Positions 1 through 10,226 of a DNA stretch of 64,000 nt are shown here, piece after piece (the stretch's first letter is position 1; the number at the start of each line of letters is the position of its first letter). Source of the stretch: an uncultured delta proteobacterium (lineage in GTDB: Bacteria > Myxococcota_A > Polyangia > Polyangiales > Polyangiaceae); the NCBI GenBank assembly GCA_963850305.1, contig CAWKKR010000008.1:1024001-1088000 (forward strand), in the 5' to 3' direction. The translations under genes were made by a program, and so were the position numbers. The notes beneath the pieces are model-generated. The model saw only the letters and a list, made by a program, of their open reading frames with translations. It did not search any database and was not told the origin of the DNA.

Positions 1-203
1 AACCCGTCTGGCGTCTTGTTGAACCCTCGCGGCACCGGCGGAAGCTCGAGTGGCTTGCCGACACTTCGTGGGGCGTCCACGGGCGGGGCCCCTTCGAGAG
101 TGGCGGCGCCGGCCCGCTCTGCGCCGAACGTAAATCCGAACGAACAAACGAGAATGGCGACGAGCCGCTTCAGCCTCGCCGAATGTTCACCGCGTGCGCG
201 CAT
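1..203 (-). CDS. Secreted protein, N-terminal part only (runs off the window); possibly a peptidase MA-like protein
   Basis: Manually translated from ATG at 203: MRARGEHSARLKRLVAILVCSFGFTFGAERAGAATLEGAPPVDAPRS..., with a signal-peptide-like stretch; open to the window edge. Confidence 0.45.
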   Translation of the reverse strand, partial: MRARGEHSARLKRLVAILVCSFGFTFGAERAGAATLEGAPPVDAPRSVGKPLELPPVPRGFNKTPDG

Positions 204-341
204 TGGGCTCTCCCGCCGCAAACGCGGGCGGGAGCCTCAAGTTAAAAACCTGCCTGGGTCTTCGTCAACGTCGGCCCGCGTCGAAACCTCCGATTCGTCG
301 GACCTCGACGTGCCTCGTCGCCTGGAAAAGCCAGGAGATCG

Positions 342-1061
342 TCACACGCGTGGCAAAACGAAGAACAGGACCCCATATGCAGCCGGTGCGCCGGCGGAGA
401 GCGCGGCGCGCGCGACCCCGCTTTGGTGGAGAACCAAGGTCCCACCTGCAACGAGGAGCACCCACGCCGCCATCAGCACGCGCGCTGCGCCCCTCGACGT
501 TCGGAATCGAGGGGCGGCCAGGGTCGCGATGACGGCACTCGCGCCAACCGCAACGTCGATCGCAACGGACCGGGCCTCCGCGGGTGCCCCTCTCGAGAAC
601 GCGGTCAGGAACGAAGACCCAAGGACTGCGAGGGACACGGCAGAGAGCGCGAGAAGGGCCGTCAGCGCCGCTCGCCCGGCGAGCCCGTTCTCATGCGACA
701 ACTCGAATAGCCGCACGCCGATGAGCGCCGCCACGGCCAGGACGGCGATCGCGACGACCGCGAAGGTGACGGCCCCGAGCGAACGGTTGTGCGTCTTGGT
801 TTGAAGGAGCGCCCCGAATAGACCGAGCCACCCGGTCGCGAACAGCGCCCCAGCCAGGACGCCTCGAGCCGTGGCCGACAATGGGGGCAGCCGGCGGATC
901 GCGGTCGCGATGCCCAGCGTGAGCGAGCAGGAGCCCCATGCTGCAAGCCCTTCGACCCACGACGCATGCGTTCGGACTGCGGCGATGACTGCCCAGACGA
1001 GCCCGAAGCCGAGCGCCCGCGCCGCCTCGTCGCCGAACCCTCGGTCCGCGGCTGTATTCAT
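342..1061 (-). CDS. Multi-pass membrane protein, unknown function
   Basis: ATG at 1061 overlaps the upstream stop (ATGA); about 7 hydrophobic segments. Confidence 0.7.
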   Translation of the reverse strand: MNTAADRGFGDEAARALGFGLVWAVIAAVRTHASWVEGLAAWGSCSLTLGIATAIRRLPPLSATARGVLAGALFATGWLGLFGALLQTKTHNRSLGAVTFAVVAIAVLAVAALIGVRLFELSHENGLAGRAALTALLALSAVSLAVLGSSFLTAFSRGAPAEARSVAIDVAVGASAVIATLAAPRFRTSRGAARVLMAAWVLLVAGGTLVLHQSGVARAALSAGAPAAYGVLFFVLPRV

Positions 1062-3481
1062 CGGGGACGCGCCGGAGCCGCGCACCGTCCCTCCGAGCGC
1101 ACCGCGCTGTCGGCGAGAGCCCGGACCGGAGGCGGTACACCTGCTCCGCGGAGAGGCGCGAGCCGCCGTTCCAGATCGGGCGGGTGAATGGCTTCGAGCG
1201 CGAGGACCGCGTTTCGACCAATGTCGTTGTCGGATTGTTGGTCGCTGCGACTTTGTAAGCGGCGCGCGTACGTGGTCAACCGATCGACCGAGCCCACGTC
1301 GCACACGAGACCCAGCGCGAGAGCGGCCGCAGCGCGCACCGCTGGAACTTCGTCTTCATCGTCGAGGCGCGCTCGAACGCGCCGCGTGTCCGAGACGGCA
1401 TGAAGCGCACCGATGCTGCCGAGCGCGGCACGCCGGACGTCCGGTGCGTCGTCGTCCTCGAGCGCGTCGCCGAGCGCGACCTCGGTCTCCGGCGCGGGCG
1501 AAAGCCCAGCGAGCGCGCGCGCCGCCGCGACGCGAACGAGCGGCCACGGATCGTGCTTCAGCACGTAGACGAGACGTTCCCGCGCGCCGTTGAGCCCGCC
1601 GCGTCCGAGGGCTGCCGCCGCCGCTTGACGCACCCGGACGTCGGGATCGTCCAGCGCTCGCGACAGCTCCGCATAAAACGGTGTGGGGTCACGCAACGAA
1701 CGAGCAGCTTCGGATCGCACGTAGGCGCTCGCATCCTTCACCAGCGCGTCGCGCAGAAATGCTCGCGCCCCTCCGTCGTCTTTTGCGAGCATGGCGGCGG
1801 GTCCAAGCAGCAGATACCGCGTGCGGAACGGCAGTTTGCCGGTCGCGAGCCGCGCGAACGCATGCTCCGCCGACGCGCCGTATGGTGGCAGGCGTTCACC
1901 GAGCGCCCGCAACAGATCGAGCTCGGCGAGCGGAGCGAGCGTCGCGTCGTCGAGGGCCAACGAGACGGCCGCACGGGCATCGTTGGAGTCCGACGAGCGA
2001 CCGATCGCGACGCGATACGCTCGTCGCGTAGCCGCGTCGCTCGCCGCGAGCAGGGGCACGAGCGCCTTCACTGCCGTCGAGGGTGAGAGATCGGACAATT
2101 CCTCGGCGAGCGCCAGTCTCTCGGTCGCGGAACCATGAACGAGCGCGTCCGCGATGGCCGTCGGAGCCAGATTCGGACACCGGACGAACGCATCCCGTGC
2201 ATGCAGTCGTTGCGCGTCGTAGGGCCCGATGAAGGCCTTGACGTAAACCGGAAGCGCGACGGCGCATGGGGCGTCATCCAGCACATCCAGCGCCACGCGG
2301 CGCCCGCCTTCGTCGAGAGTCGGGAACGCGGCCGCGACGGTCGCGAAGCCCGCCGGACCGCTGGCGCGAAGCACCGCACCCGCCGCCTCCGCGTCGGAAC
2401 CGCCGGACGCGAGCGCGTGCACGAGCTCTTCGGGAGTGCCGCCAACGGCGGGCCGCATCGAGAGCTCCGAAACGCCGACGCGAACGTCACGATCCTCGGA
2501 CTTCGTAGCCTCGAGCACCAGTGCGACGCAGCTCGTTCGTACCGGCGCTGGCAGCGTCGCTTCGTAACGCTCGGAGGCCGTCCTTCCGGCGTCGTCCGGC
2601 AGGCGCACGTGGAAAAGCTCGTGATCCGTCACCAGCCACAGCTCGGACGGCACTCCATCATGCGGCGCCTGACGCCTTGGAACCGCGATCTCGAAGGCCG
2701 TCGCGGGAAGCTCTTCCGGCGCCCCCAGCACGACGAATTCGCCGCGCCCGGCACCCCCGCGATCCTCGAACCAGGCCGTGGTCGGGTCGCCGTCGGAGAG
2801 GGCGCTCGCGGGCGAACCTGGCGCGGCGCTCGTCGCCCAGACGGCGTGGAGCAGTGGCGGAGGCGCCGGAGTGTCGACTCGCTTCGCGAGAAGAACCGGC
2901 GCGCGAGCGCGCTCCGTCTCGTCGAGCCGCTGAACTTTGGCGCTCTTCAACGTCAGAGTCCTCGGGTCCAGCGCCTCGGGCGAGAGAATCGCGGGGCGAC
3001 CGCACAGATTGCGGCCCTCCTCCTCGACCCCCACGTAGACGCCCTCCGGACGCACGAGAACCATGGGGCCGCGGCGTTCGCCGTCCTCGCCCTCGATGAG
3101 TCCGGTGTAGCCGCTGAACGGAACGACGGGCGCGCTGCCCGAGAGCGGCGCCGCCACGATCGCCTCAAATCCGCGGAGCGACGCCGGGTCGCGCATCTCG
3201 ACGACGATTGCTTTTCGTTCGAGACCTAGCCGCACGACCTGTAGTCGTGCGGTCGCGGCGAGCCCGGCCATGTCTTTCGGTACGGGAATGACCAGCGCGC
3301 CCGTCGCGTCACAGGGCACATGGTCGCACACGCGGGCTCGAAGCTGCCCCTGGGCATCGAAGGCCACGGCCAGCACGTGCTGCCCGCCCCCGGCGGCGGC
3401 GATCGCTGGAGTCGTGTTGATCGGTGCGGCGAGGACGCTCGCGCCGAAGAGCGCCAGGAATGCGAATACGCGCGAAGACAC
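1058..3481 (-). CDS. Secreted HEAT/PBS-lyase repeat protein with a discoidin-like domain
   Basis: Signal peptide; 'ALSDGDPTTAW' discoidin-like motif; repeated D-x-D-x-x-VR-x-x-AA-x-ALG HEAT units in the C-terminal half. Confidence 0.8.
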   Translation of the reverse strand: MSSRVFAFLALFGASVLAAPINTTPAIAAAGGGQHVLAVAFDAQGQLRARVCDHVPCDATGALVIPVPKDMAGLAATARLQVVRLGLERKAIVVEMRDPASLRGFEAIVAAPLSGSAPVVPFSGYTGLIEGEDGERRGPMVLVRPEGVYVGVEEEGRNLCGRPAILSPEALDPRTLTLKSAKVQRLDETERARAPVLLAKRVDTPAPPPLLHAVWATSAAPGSPASALSDGDPTTAWFEDRGGAGRGEFVVLGAPEELPATAFEIAVPRRQAPHDGVPSELWLVTDHELFHVRLPDDAGRTASERYEATLPAPVRTSCVALVLEATKSEDRDVRVGVSELSMRPAVGGTPEELVHALASGGSDAEAAGAVLRASGPAGFATVAAAFPTLDEGGRRVALDVLDDAPCAVALPVYVKAFIGPYDAQRLHARDAFVRCPNLAPTAIADALVHGSATERLALAEELSDLSPSTAVKALVPLLAASDAATRRAYRVAIGRSSDSNDARAAVSLALDDATLAPLAELDLLRALGERLPPYGASAEHAFARLATGKLPFRTRYLLLGPAAMLAKDDGGARAFLRDALVKDASAYVRSEAARSLRDPTPFYAELSRALDDPDVRVRQAAAAALGRGGLNGARERLVYVLKHDPWPLVRVAAARALAGLSPAPETEVALGDALEDDDAPDVRRAALGSIGALHAVSDTRRVRARLDDEDEVPAVRAAAALALGLVCDVGSVDRLTTYARRLQSRSDQQSDNDIGRNAVLALEAIHPPDLERRLAPLRGAGVPPPVRALADSAVRSEGRCAAPARPR

Positions 3482-3524
3482 GCGCGAATACTACTCGATC
3501 GAATTTCGATCGGCTCTCGAGGTT

Positions 3525-4430
3525 CTAATCCTTGTCGTCCGTTGGCGTCGTGAGCTTCCGGGTCCACAGGAACGCACCGCGCCGCCGGCCACCGACGAGC
3601 AGATGATCGGCCAAGGTCCCCGTCCGGCGGAACCCGTTTGCGAGCCAGATCGCAGCAAACCCAGGGTCGTCCGTCGGGCTCAGGGCGAAGCACGCAACCG
3701 TCCCCTCACGCCCGAGACGCTCGCAGAGGACGTGAAGCGCAGCATGCGTCAAGATGACATCGCGCTCCGTTCGCGGCGCAGTGAGGACCTCGACGAAAGC
3801 ATTGTCGAAGCAAGGCTGTCGTTCGACGGAGGCAATGAGCGACCACCCTCCGCGCCCGGTGAAATGATACTCATTCCGCTCGACATCCCGTCTCCCGAAT
3901 GGGTCGAAGCGAGTCAGTGCCTTGCCGGCCCGAGCGGCGCTTGCAATCGCCTTTTTTACGACGGCTTCTGCAGCGGGCTGGAGGCGAACCTGACGAGGGG
4001 ATGGCGGAGCCATCTCCTTCGCCGTTCGCTTCGCCTCGTTGTAAGTCTTCTCGGCGAGCCCTTCCGCGGCCGCACCGCGTTCAGCGGACATCGCTGCGTC
4101 TTCGCCGCCGAGCGCCGGCGGAACCGAAGCGCCGAGCAGGTATGCGTCGCTCCTCTTGAAGAAACCTGGAATCGTTCCCTCGCGCTCGAAGCCCAGTCGT
4201 GACCAGACGCCGACCTCGTCCCGCTCCACGACGGCAAACAGGCGCTCGACACCCTCCCGCTGCGCGATACTGAGGACGTAACCGCGCTTGGTTGGATCCG
4301 CGCCAGCGCGAAAATCGAAAATCCTCATCGTGCGAGCGTGCCGGTTCAGCAGCAAACACAAGGATATCTTCGAGTTTTCGAAGAGTATTTCTTCAGGTTC
4401 CGCTACGGCGGCGGCTGCTCGGATAGCCAT
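3525..4430 (-). CDS. Tandem GNAT-fold protein, AblB/YodP (beta-lysine N-acetyltransferase)-like
   Basis: Two GNAT C-terminal motifs: 'LGFEREGTIPGFFKRSDAY' and 'NGFRRTGTLADHLLVGG...LWTRKL'. Confidence 0.6.
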   Translation of the reverse strand: MAIRAAAAVAEPEEILFENSKISLCLLLNRHARTMRIFDFRAGADPTKRGYVLSIAQREGVERLFAVVERDEVGVWSRLGFEREGTIPGFFKRSDAYLLGASVPPALGGEDAAMSAERGAAAEGLAEKTYNEAKRTAKEMAPPSPRQVRLQPAAEAVVKKAIASAARAGKALTRFDPFGRRDVERNEYHFTGRGGWSLIASVERQPCFDNAFVEVLTAPRTERDVILTHAALHVLCERLGREGTVACFALSPTDDPGFAAIWLANGFRRTGTLADHLLVGGRRRGAFLWTRKLTTPTDDKD

Positions 4431-4509
4431 GTAGTTGCCCCCGCCCCGACGGGGCATCGCAGCAGTAATTTCGACTATTTAGAATGGATATGCTTTCAAA
4501 TACGCAATC

Positions 4510-4562
4510 AGGGTAGCATGGCGGTCCGTCCCAGGCAAACGACGGCCCACCGGTTATCCACA
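4510..4562 (-). promoter_or_regulatory. SigmaA-type promoter (TTGCCT-N17-TACCCT with TG extension) plus a perfect DnaA box TTATCCACA at 4554-4562
   Basis: Motifs read directly in the intergenic gap upstream of the tandem GNAT gene. Confidence 0.5.
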
Positions 4563-4577
4563 GCCACGAAGGCTCTC

Positions 4578-5486
4578 TCATTCCGATAGAGCGGCGGACG
4601 CTGCCTCGGAGACGCCAAGGGCGCGCAGGACATCCCTGGTCTTGGCTCGAGGAACGGAGACACGCGTCGGCATGCCGCCGGTGAGCCCGAAGAGCTTCAG
4701 AAAATTGTAACCGCTGTCGAACCGGGCCGCGATGCTGACGTTGTCAGCGTCGATCACGACGCTCACGGGTTCACGCTCCTGCCCCATCAACAAGAGAAGC
4801 GTCTTGTCCACCCGCTGGTAGCCGAGCGAGATGTTGACGATGGCAACGCCGGGCGCAACCCGGACGTACTCGCGCGCTGCTCGCCGTGTCTCACGCTCCA
4901 CGGGCACCAGTTCCTCGGCGGCGGCGTCAATGGGTTCCCATAGCGATGCGTCTTTGAGCCCGGCTGCCAAGTGACGTACTACTACCCCGAAAAGTCCCGT
5001 ATCCCTGGGACGCGCGCGGAGGGCGCGATTGAGACGGTTGGCCACCTCGCTCGGCGTCCCGAGCCGGGTGTCGATGGCGCGCGCGTCGTCGTCCGCGCCT
5101 GGATACGGCTCCGTGCCTCCACGAATCCACTTCGCGGCGCTCGCAAGCCCGTCGAAGTCCGTGTGGCAAACGATGGTGTCGATGGGACCGATCCGAGCCA
5201 CGAGCGCTTCGTCGATCATCTCGGGGCAGGCGCCGTGCTGCGCTTTCGTCGCAAGGACGAAACGGGGGTCGGTCCGAAAGCGAGCATGTTCCTCATGATC
5301 GTGATGGTCGACCCACGCTCGAAGCCGCTCGCCGAGCCCGTCGATGAAGGGGAGCGTCACGCCGTCGAAGCCGCCGGCCGCTCCGTGCCCGGCAAACGCG
5401 ATGTCCAGCACGATCACGCGCCCCGACAGAGATCTGGGTCTGGGTAACTTCCGGGGCGTGGCAAACGTGATGGTGGGGGAGTGCAT
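4578..5486 (-). CDS. DHH-family phosphoesterase-like protein
   Basis: Motifs VLD, WVDHHDH and CHTDFDG. Confidence 0.7.
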   Translation of the reverse strand: MHSPTITFATPRKLPRPRSLSGRVIVLDIAFAGHGAAGGFDGVTLPFIDGLGERLRAWVDHHDHEEHARFRTDPRFVLATKAQHGACPEMIDEALVARIGPIDTIVCHTDFDGLASAAKWIRGGTEPYPGADDDARAIDTRLGTPSEVANRLNRALRARPRDTGLFGVVVRHLAAGLKDASLWEPIDAAAEELVPVERETRRAAREYVRVAPGVAIVNISLGYQRVDKTLLLLMGQEREPVSVVIDADNVSIAARFDSGYNFLKLFGLTGGMPTRVSVPRAKTRDVLRALGVSEAASAALSE

Positions 5487-5577
5487 GATGCAACGCGTCC
5501 CGAGTTCGAGTCGGCGGGTACGACCCACGACGTCGCACGAAGACCCGCGCGATGGAGATAGCATGATGGCCGTCGAG

Positions 5578-6570
5578 ATGACGAAGCCCCTCTTTCATAC
5601 TGTCTCAGTTGCGATGTTGCTCTTCTGTTTCGCGGAGCTCGACGCGCGGTCGACGCGCGCGGACGACGCCTGCGCGCTGCACGGTGAACCCGTGCTCGGC
5701 GCTGGGATCGGGATCTACGACGCTCCAAGTGGCGGCAACGAGATCGCGCACTTTACTGGCACGAAGGTCGAGCTGTCCGTGACGTCGCTTGCGGCAGGCG
5801 CGGCCGGTCGTGCCGCCGTTGAAACGACCGGCTTTCGCGTGAAAGGGTTCGTAGAGGCCCGGTCGCTGCCGGTTTTTGCCGCTCACTCGCTTCCCGTGTA
5901 CGCGGGACACGTCTGGATCGCCGCCGCTAGGCGTGTGAAGATTATCGGCGGCGCGGGTGGCAAGGTCCACATCGAAAAGTCGGTCACGACGCCGCTGGTC
6001 GGCGTCTTCCAGAGCTGGACGACGTGCGACGCGCTCACGTTGACGGAAGGGACGCCAGCAGGGTGGTCGCCCTCCGGTAGCGCGCGGGGCTTCGTGTTGA
6101 AGAAGGATCATTTGGACCTGTTCAGCGAGCCGAGGGGGGAAACGGTCGCCTCGCTCGACCGCGCCAGCGACGGCCCCGGCGTTCTGTTCTGGAGCGACGA
6201 CCGCTCCGGCGGCTGGGTGCACGTCGAACATCATGGAGAGGTCGTACTCGACGGCTGGGCGCGCGCGCAGGATCTGTCGCGACTTCCCCCCGGGGAGACG
6301 ATGGACCAGCTGGGACCCACGACGTTCCAGGCCGGTGCGCCGATGCTCCGCGTCCAGGGGAAGACGAAGGAAATTCGAACGACCTCGGCGGTCACGCTCC
6401 GAGCTGCGGGAAGCGATGCAGCGGCCGTGATCGGCGGGATCGACCCGGGCACCGACATCCTCGTCCTCGACGTCGTCGCCGGGTGGGCGAGTGTCCTTCC
6501 CAAGGGGCTCGGCATCGCGCCGGCGGGGAATGCCCAGTTTTGGGCCCGTGCCAAGGACCTCGGTCTCTGA
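5578..6570 (+). CDS. Secreted protein with SH3-like beta domains (start may be 5563, 5566 or 5578)
   Basis: Signal-like N-terminus; repeated 'GWVHV...DGW' and 'GWASV' SH3b-like patterns. Confidence 0.6.
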   Translation: MTKPLFHTVSVAMLLFCFAELDARSTRADDACALHGEPVLGAGIGIYDAPSGGNEIAHFTGTKVELSVTSLAAGAAGRAAVETTGFRVKGFVEARSLPVFAAHSLPVYAGHVWIAAARRVKIIGGAGGKVHIEKSVTTPLVGVFQSWTTCDALTLTEGTPAGWSPSGSARGFVLKKDHLDLFSEPRGETVASLDRASDGPGVLFWSDDRSGGWVHVEHHGEVVLDGWARAQDLSRLPPGETMDQLGPTTFQAGAPMLRVQGKTKEIRTTSAVTLRAAGSDAAAVIGGIDPGTDILVLDVVAGWASVLPKGLGIAPAGNAQFWARAKDLGL

Positions 6571-6613
6571 TTCACAGATTGCGTCGGACCGCGGGCGCTC
6601 GTAGTTTTCGCGA

Positions 6614-7582
6614 ATGGATAGAGCCCGGAACCTGGCCGTTCGAGAGGCGCTCGCTCACCCGCTCGAACGCACGGATTTCCCCGCCCTCGGCAAGAAGTAC
6701 GAGGGCAAGGTACGCGACAACTACACCGCGAACGACCGTCGCACGATCATCGTGACGGACCGGATCAGCGCGTTCGACCGCGTCCTTGGTACCCTGCCGC
6801 TCAAGGGGCAGATCCTCAATCACGTCGCAAAGTGGTGGTTCGATGAGACTCGCACGGTCGCGGCGAACCATGTGGTGAGCGTCCCGGATCCGAACGTGCT
6901 CATCGCGGAGGAGTGCACGCCGCTCCCGGTCGAGATGATCGTGCGAGCGTATCTGACGGGTTCGACATCGACGAGTATCTGGGTGCACTACCAAAAAGGA
7001 GCGCGGACTTTCTGCGGGCACGCGCTTCCCGACGGCCTCCGAAAGCACCAGCAGCTCTCAGAACCGATCCTGACTCCCAGCACGAAGGCCGCGCACGGGG
7101 ACCATGACGTGTCCGCCGCCCGCGAAGAGATCTTGAAGCTCACGGGCATGCCTGCCGCCGAATTCGACGAAGCTGCATCCATGGCAATGCGCCTGTTCGC
7201 TTTCGGACAGAAGGTCTGCACGTCCCGAGGGCTCATCCTGGTGGACACGAAGTACGAGTTCGGGAAAACGAAGGATGGCCGCATCGTCGTCATCGACGAG
7301 ATTCACACCCCTGATTCGTCCCGATTCTGGTTCGAAAGGACCTATGACGAGCGTTTCTCGCGCGGCGAAGATCCAGAGAGCTTCGACAAGGAGTACGTCC
7401 GGCGGTGGCTCGTCGCTCAGGGATTTCGAGGGGACGGCCCAATCCCGACGATCCCGGACGACGTGCGCATCGATGCGACGAATCGCTACATTCACGCCGT
7501 AGAGACGATCACCGGCGTGACGTTCGAGCCGAACCTGGAGGATCCCCTGCCACGCATCCGTCGAAACCTGGGGCTAGCGTGA
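6614..7582 (+). CDS. purC: Phosphoribosylaminoimidazole-succinocarboxamide (SAICAR) synthase
   Basis: YEGKVRD, TDRISAFD, LILVDTKYEFG, DEIHTPDSSRFW, DKEYVRRW. Confidence 0.97.
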   Translation: MDRARNLAVREALAHPLERTDFPALGKKYEGKVRDNYTANDRRTIIVTDRISAFDRVLGTLPLKGQILNHVAKWWFDETRTVAANHVVSVPDPNVLIAEECTPLPVEMIVRAYLTGSTSTSIWVHYQKGARTFCGHALPDGLRKHQQLSEPILTPSTKAAHGDHDVSAAREEILKLTGMPAAEFDEAASMAMRLFAFGQKVCTSRGLILVDTKYEFGKTKDGRIVVIDEIHTPDSSRFWFERTYDERFSRGEDPESFDKEYVRRWLVAQGFRGDGPIPTIPDDVRIDATNRYIHAVETITGVTFEPNLEDPLPRIRRNLGLA

Positions 7583-7625
7583 CGCATCGACCGCTCGCGG
7601 GGACGAGCTTTGGGAGAGGTACCCG

Positions 7626-8474
7626 ATGAAGGAATTCAAAGACAAGGTAGCCCTCGTCACCGGCGCAGCGAGCGGAATCGGCTTTGCACTCGCGGACCGA
7701 TTCGCGTCGGTGGGCATGAAAGTCGTGCTCGTGGACGTGGAGCCCGCGGCCCTCGATTCGGCGGAGGCAACGCTCCGCGGAAAGGGAGCGCCTGTGCTCG
7801 CGATCCGCGCCGACGTATCGAGCGCGGATCAGGTCGAAGACGTCGCGACTCGCGTGTACGCGAAGTTCGGGGCGGTCCACGTGCTGTGCAATAACGCAGG
7901 CGTGGGAATGGGCGGCCTGACCTGGGAACACTCGCTCGAAGACTGGCGCTGGGTGCTCGGCGTGAACCTGTGGGGCGTCATCCACGGCCTGAGAACGTTC
8001 GTGCCGAGGATGATGGCTCAGGGTTCCGACGGTCACATCGTGAATACCGCGTCCGTCGCCGGTCTCATCTCCAGCCCGTACATGTCCATCTACGAAGCGA
8101 CGAAGCACGCTGTCGTGGCCATCACCGAATCGCTGAAGATGGAACTGGACGTGAGCGGAACGAAGCTCAGCGCTTCGGTCCTGTGTCCTGGGTTCGTTGC
8201 CACCAGAATCGCCGATTCCGAGAGAAATCGACCGGCGGACCTCACGGCAGGACGCGTACCCACCGAGATGGCTCAACAGGAGACGATTCGCGAACTGGCG
8301 CGACAGCAGGTCGCTGCGGGCATCAAGCCGGGTGAAGTCGCAGAGATGGTCCTCGAGGCGATCCGGGACGATCGCTTCTACATCCTCACCCACACTCGCT
8401 TCAAAAAGCTGATCCGTCTCCGCATGGAGAACATCCTCGACGGGAGGACTCCGCGCTTCGAGCCTCCCCCGTGA
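7626..8474 (+). CDS. SDR-family NAD(P)-dependent oxidoreductase
   Basis: TGAASGIG, NNAG, YEATK (YxxxK). Confidence 0.95.
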   Translation: MKEFKDKVALVTGAASGIGFALADRFASVGMKVVLVDVEPAALDSAEATLRGKGAPVLAIRADVSSADQVEDVATRVYAKFGAVHVLCNNAGVGMGGLTWEHSLEDWRWVLGVNLWGVIHGLRTFVPRMMAQGSDGHIVNTASVAGLISSPYMSIYEATKHAVVAITESLKMELDVSGTKLSASVLCPGFVATRIADSERNRPADLTAGRVPTEMAQQETIRELARQQVAAGIKPGEVAEMVLEAIRDDRFYILTHTRFKKLIRLRMENILDGRTPRFEPPP

Positions 8475-9370
8475 CCGAGGGCGCCGATGGTAACGCACTC
8501 ACGCTACGCCCGATCGACGTCGCCATCGGGGTTCAGGCATTCGCGGCGCGCACGCCGACTTTGCCGCCGGCCACTCACACCAACAGCTACGCGCTGGGCG
8601 GACGTGACGTCCTCATTGTCGAACCAGCAACCCCGTTTGAAGACGAGCAGCGCCAATGGCTCGACTGGTGTCGAAGCCTGGTGTCCAAAGGGCGGCATCT
8701 TGTCGCTATTTTTTTGACGCATCACCATTCCGATCATGCAGGGGGCGCAGAGACCCTGTCGCGCGAGCTGAATCTACCCATCTGGGCGCATGCAGAGACC
8801 TCCTCGCGCCTGCCAGGACTGCATGTTACGCGCCGGCTCGAGGAGGGCGACCGGATCGTGCTCGATGGCCCGAACGCGCAACACTGGACGGTGCTCCACA
8901 CACCGGGGCACGCGCCCGGACATCTTTGCCTCCACGAGGAACTGGCCGGCCCGCTCATCGCGGGCGATATGGTGGCGAGCGTCGGGACCATCCTCGTCGA
9001 TACGGTCGACGGAGACATGCAAAGGTACATCGCCGAGCTCGAGCGGCTGCGGGCGCGGGCGCCGCGGGTGGTACTTCCGGCGCACGGCGAACCGATTGCG
9101 GCTCCGGACGCGCTGTTCGAGCGTTACATCGAGCATCGCCTCATGCGTGAGAAGAAGATATTGCACGCGCTCCGCGCATTCGGAGACGATGGAGCCACCG
9201 CGAGCGACCTCGTCGCGCCCGTGTACGACGACGTCCCCGGAGTCGCCCGCCGGCTCGCGTCCATGAGTATCGCCGCGCACCTGGTGAAACTCGTCCGGGA
9301 AGGCCGTGCCACGACGGATGGGAATCGTCACCGTGCGTCCACCGACGTTCTGGAGCGAGCGCCCGCGTGA
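8471..9370 (+). CDS. Metallo-beta-lactamase-fold hydrolase (LACTB2-like, C-terminal winged helix)
   Basis: THHHSDH, TPGH, AGD, PAHG motifs; 'AHLVKLVREGR' winged-helix tail. Confidence 0.9.
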   Translation: MTEGADGNALTLRPIDVAIGVQAFAARTPTLPPATHTNSYALGGRDVLIVEPATPFEDEQRQWLDWCRSLVSKGRHLVAIFLTHHHSDHAGGAETLSRELNLPIWAHAETSSRLPGLHVTRRLEEGDRIVLDGPNAQHWTVLHTPGHAPGHLCLHEELAGPLIAGDMVASVGTILVDTVDGDMQRYIAELERLRARAPRVVLPAHGEPIAAPDALFERYIEHRLMREKKILHALRAFGDDGATASDLVAPVYDDVPGVARRLASMSIAAHLVKLVREGRATTDGNRHRASTDVLERAPA

Positions 9371-9582
9371 CCGACGCCGAGGCATTCGATCGTGGATTCG
9401 TCGCGCTCACGTATCTGCTCGGGCGGCGGGAATCGCTCATCGATGGGCTGATGGCACCCACTCAGGCTGCGCGGCGAGTGGTGCAGGGACTCTCCGCAAG
9501 CGACCGGCTCGAACGCGCGCGGTGTCTTGCCGCCGAACTCCTTCGGATCGTCGGCGCACTCGAGAACCGGAGCCTCGGATGA
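9367..9582 (+). CDS. Small helical hypothetical protein (71 aa)
   Basis: GTGA and ATGA overlaps with both neighbours indicate translational coupling. Confidence 0.7.
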   Translation: MTDAEAFDRGFVALTYLLGRRESLIDGLMAPTQAARRVVQGLSASDRLERARCLAAELLRIVGALENRSLG

Positions 9583-10226
9583 CGCTCGCCCGCGGACGGA
9601 TTCTCAGGGACGCCGGATTGGTCGATTGGGGACAGCGTGGAGCGGCCCCGGCAATGCCCCGCGGCCGAAGACTCGAACAGCAGGCCCTACAGGCCACGGA
9701 GCGGGCCAGTCGCATCCTCGAGGCGGCCATGAATCGTGCTTCGGTCCTATTGGCAGATGCTGAACGCAAGGCAGCGGACTGCCGACTTCGTGCCGAAGAG
9801 TTGGCTCGCGCCGGAGCGCTCGCGAGCGTCGCTGCCCTCGCAGTGCGCCTCCGCGCTCGCGAAGTACGCTTCGACGAAGAGTCGCTCGATCGGGCAGTCA
9901 CGCTCGCCACGCTTCTTGCCGAGCGCATGCTCGGCCACACGCTCATCATGTCGCCGACGGAGATTGTGTCGATCGCTCGAGGGCTAATGGCAGAGGCGGG
10001 AGGTGCCCGCAGAATCATCGTGCGCGCAAATGTGGACGACGCGCCCGCATTGAAGAAAGCGATGCAAGATTTCGATCCGGACGGGCGTGTGCACGCCGTC
10101 GTGGTCGACGGAAAGCTCGGTCGAGGCGATTTACGGCTCGAGACGGACGTCGGTGTCGTCGAGGGCAAATTGGGGCCCTCGCTCGAGCGGCTTGCGGCGC
10201 GCTTGCGCGAGGCATTGCGGTCGTGA
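9579..10226 (+). CDS. FliH/SctL (type III secretion stator) family protein
   Basis: Ala-rich coiled coil, then 'IIVRANVDD' and 'VVDGKLGRGDLRLETDVGVVEG', typical of the FliH/YscL C-terminus. Confidence 0.8.
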   Translation: MTLARGRILRDAGLVDWGQRGAAPAMPRGRRLEQQALQATERASRILEAAMNRASVLLADAERKAADCRLRAEELARAGALASVAALAVRLRAREVRFDEESLDRAVTLATLLAERMLGHTLIMSPTEIVSIARGLMAEAGGARRIIVRANVDDAPALKKAMQDFDPDGRVHAVVVDGKLGRGDLRLETDVGVVEGKLGPSLERLAARLREALRS

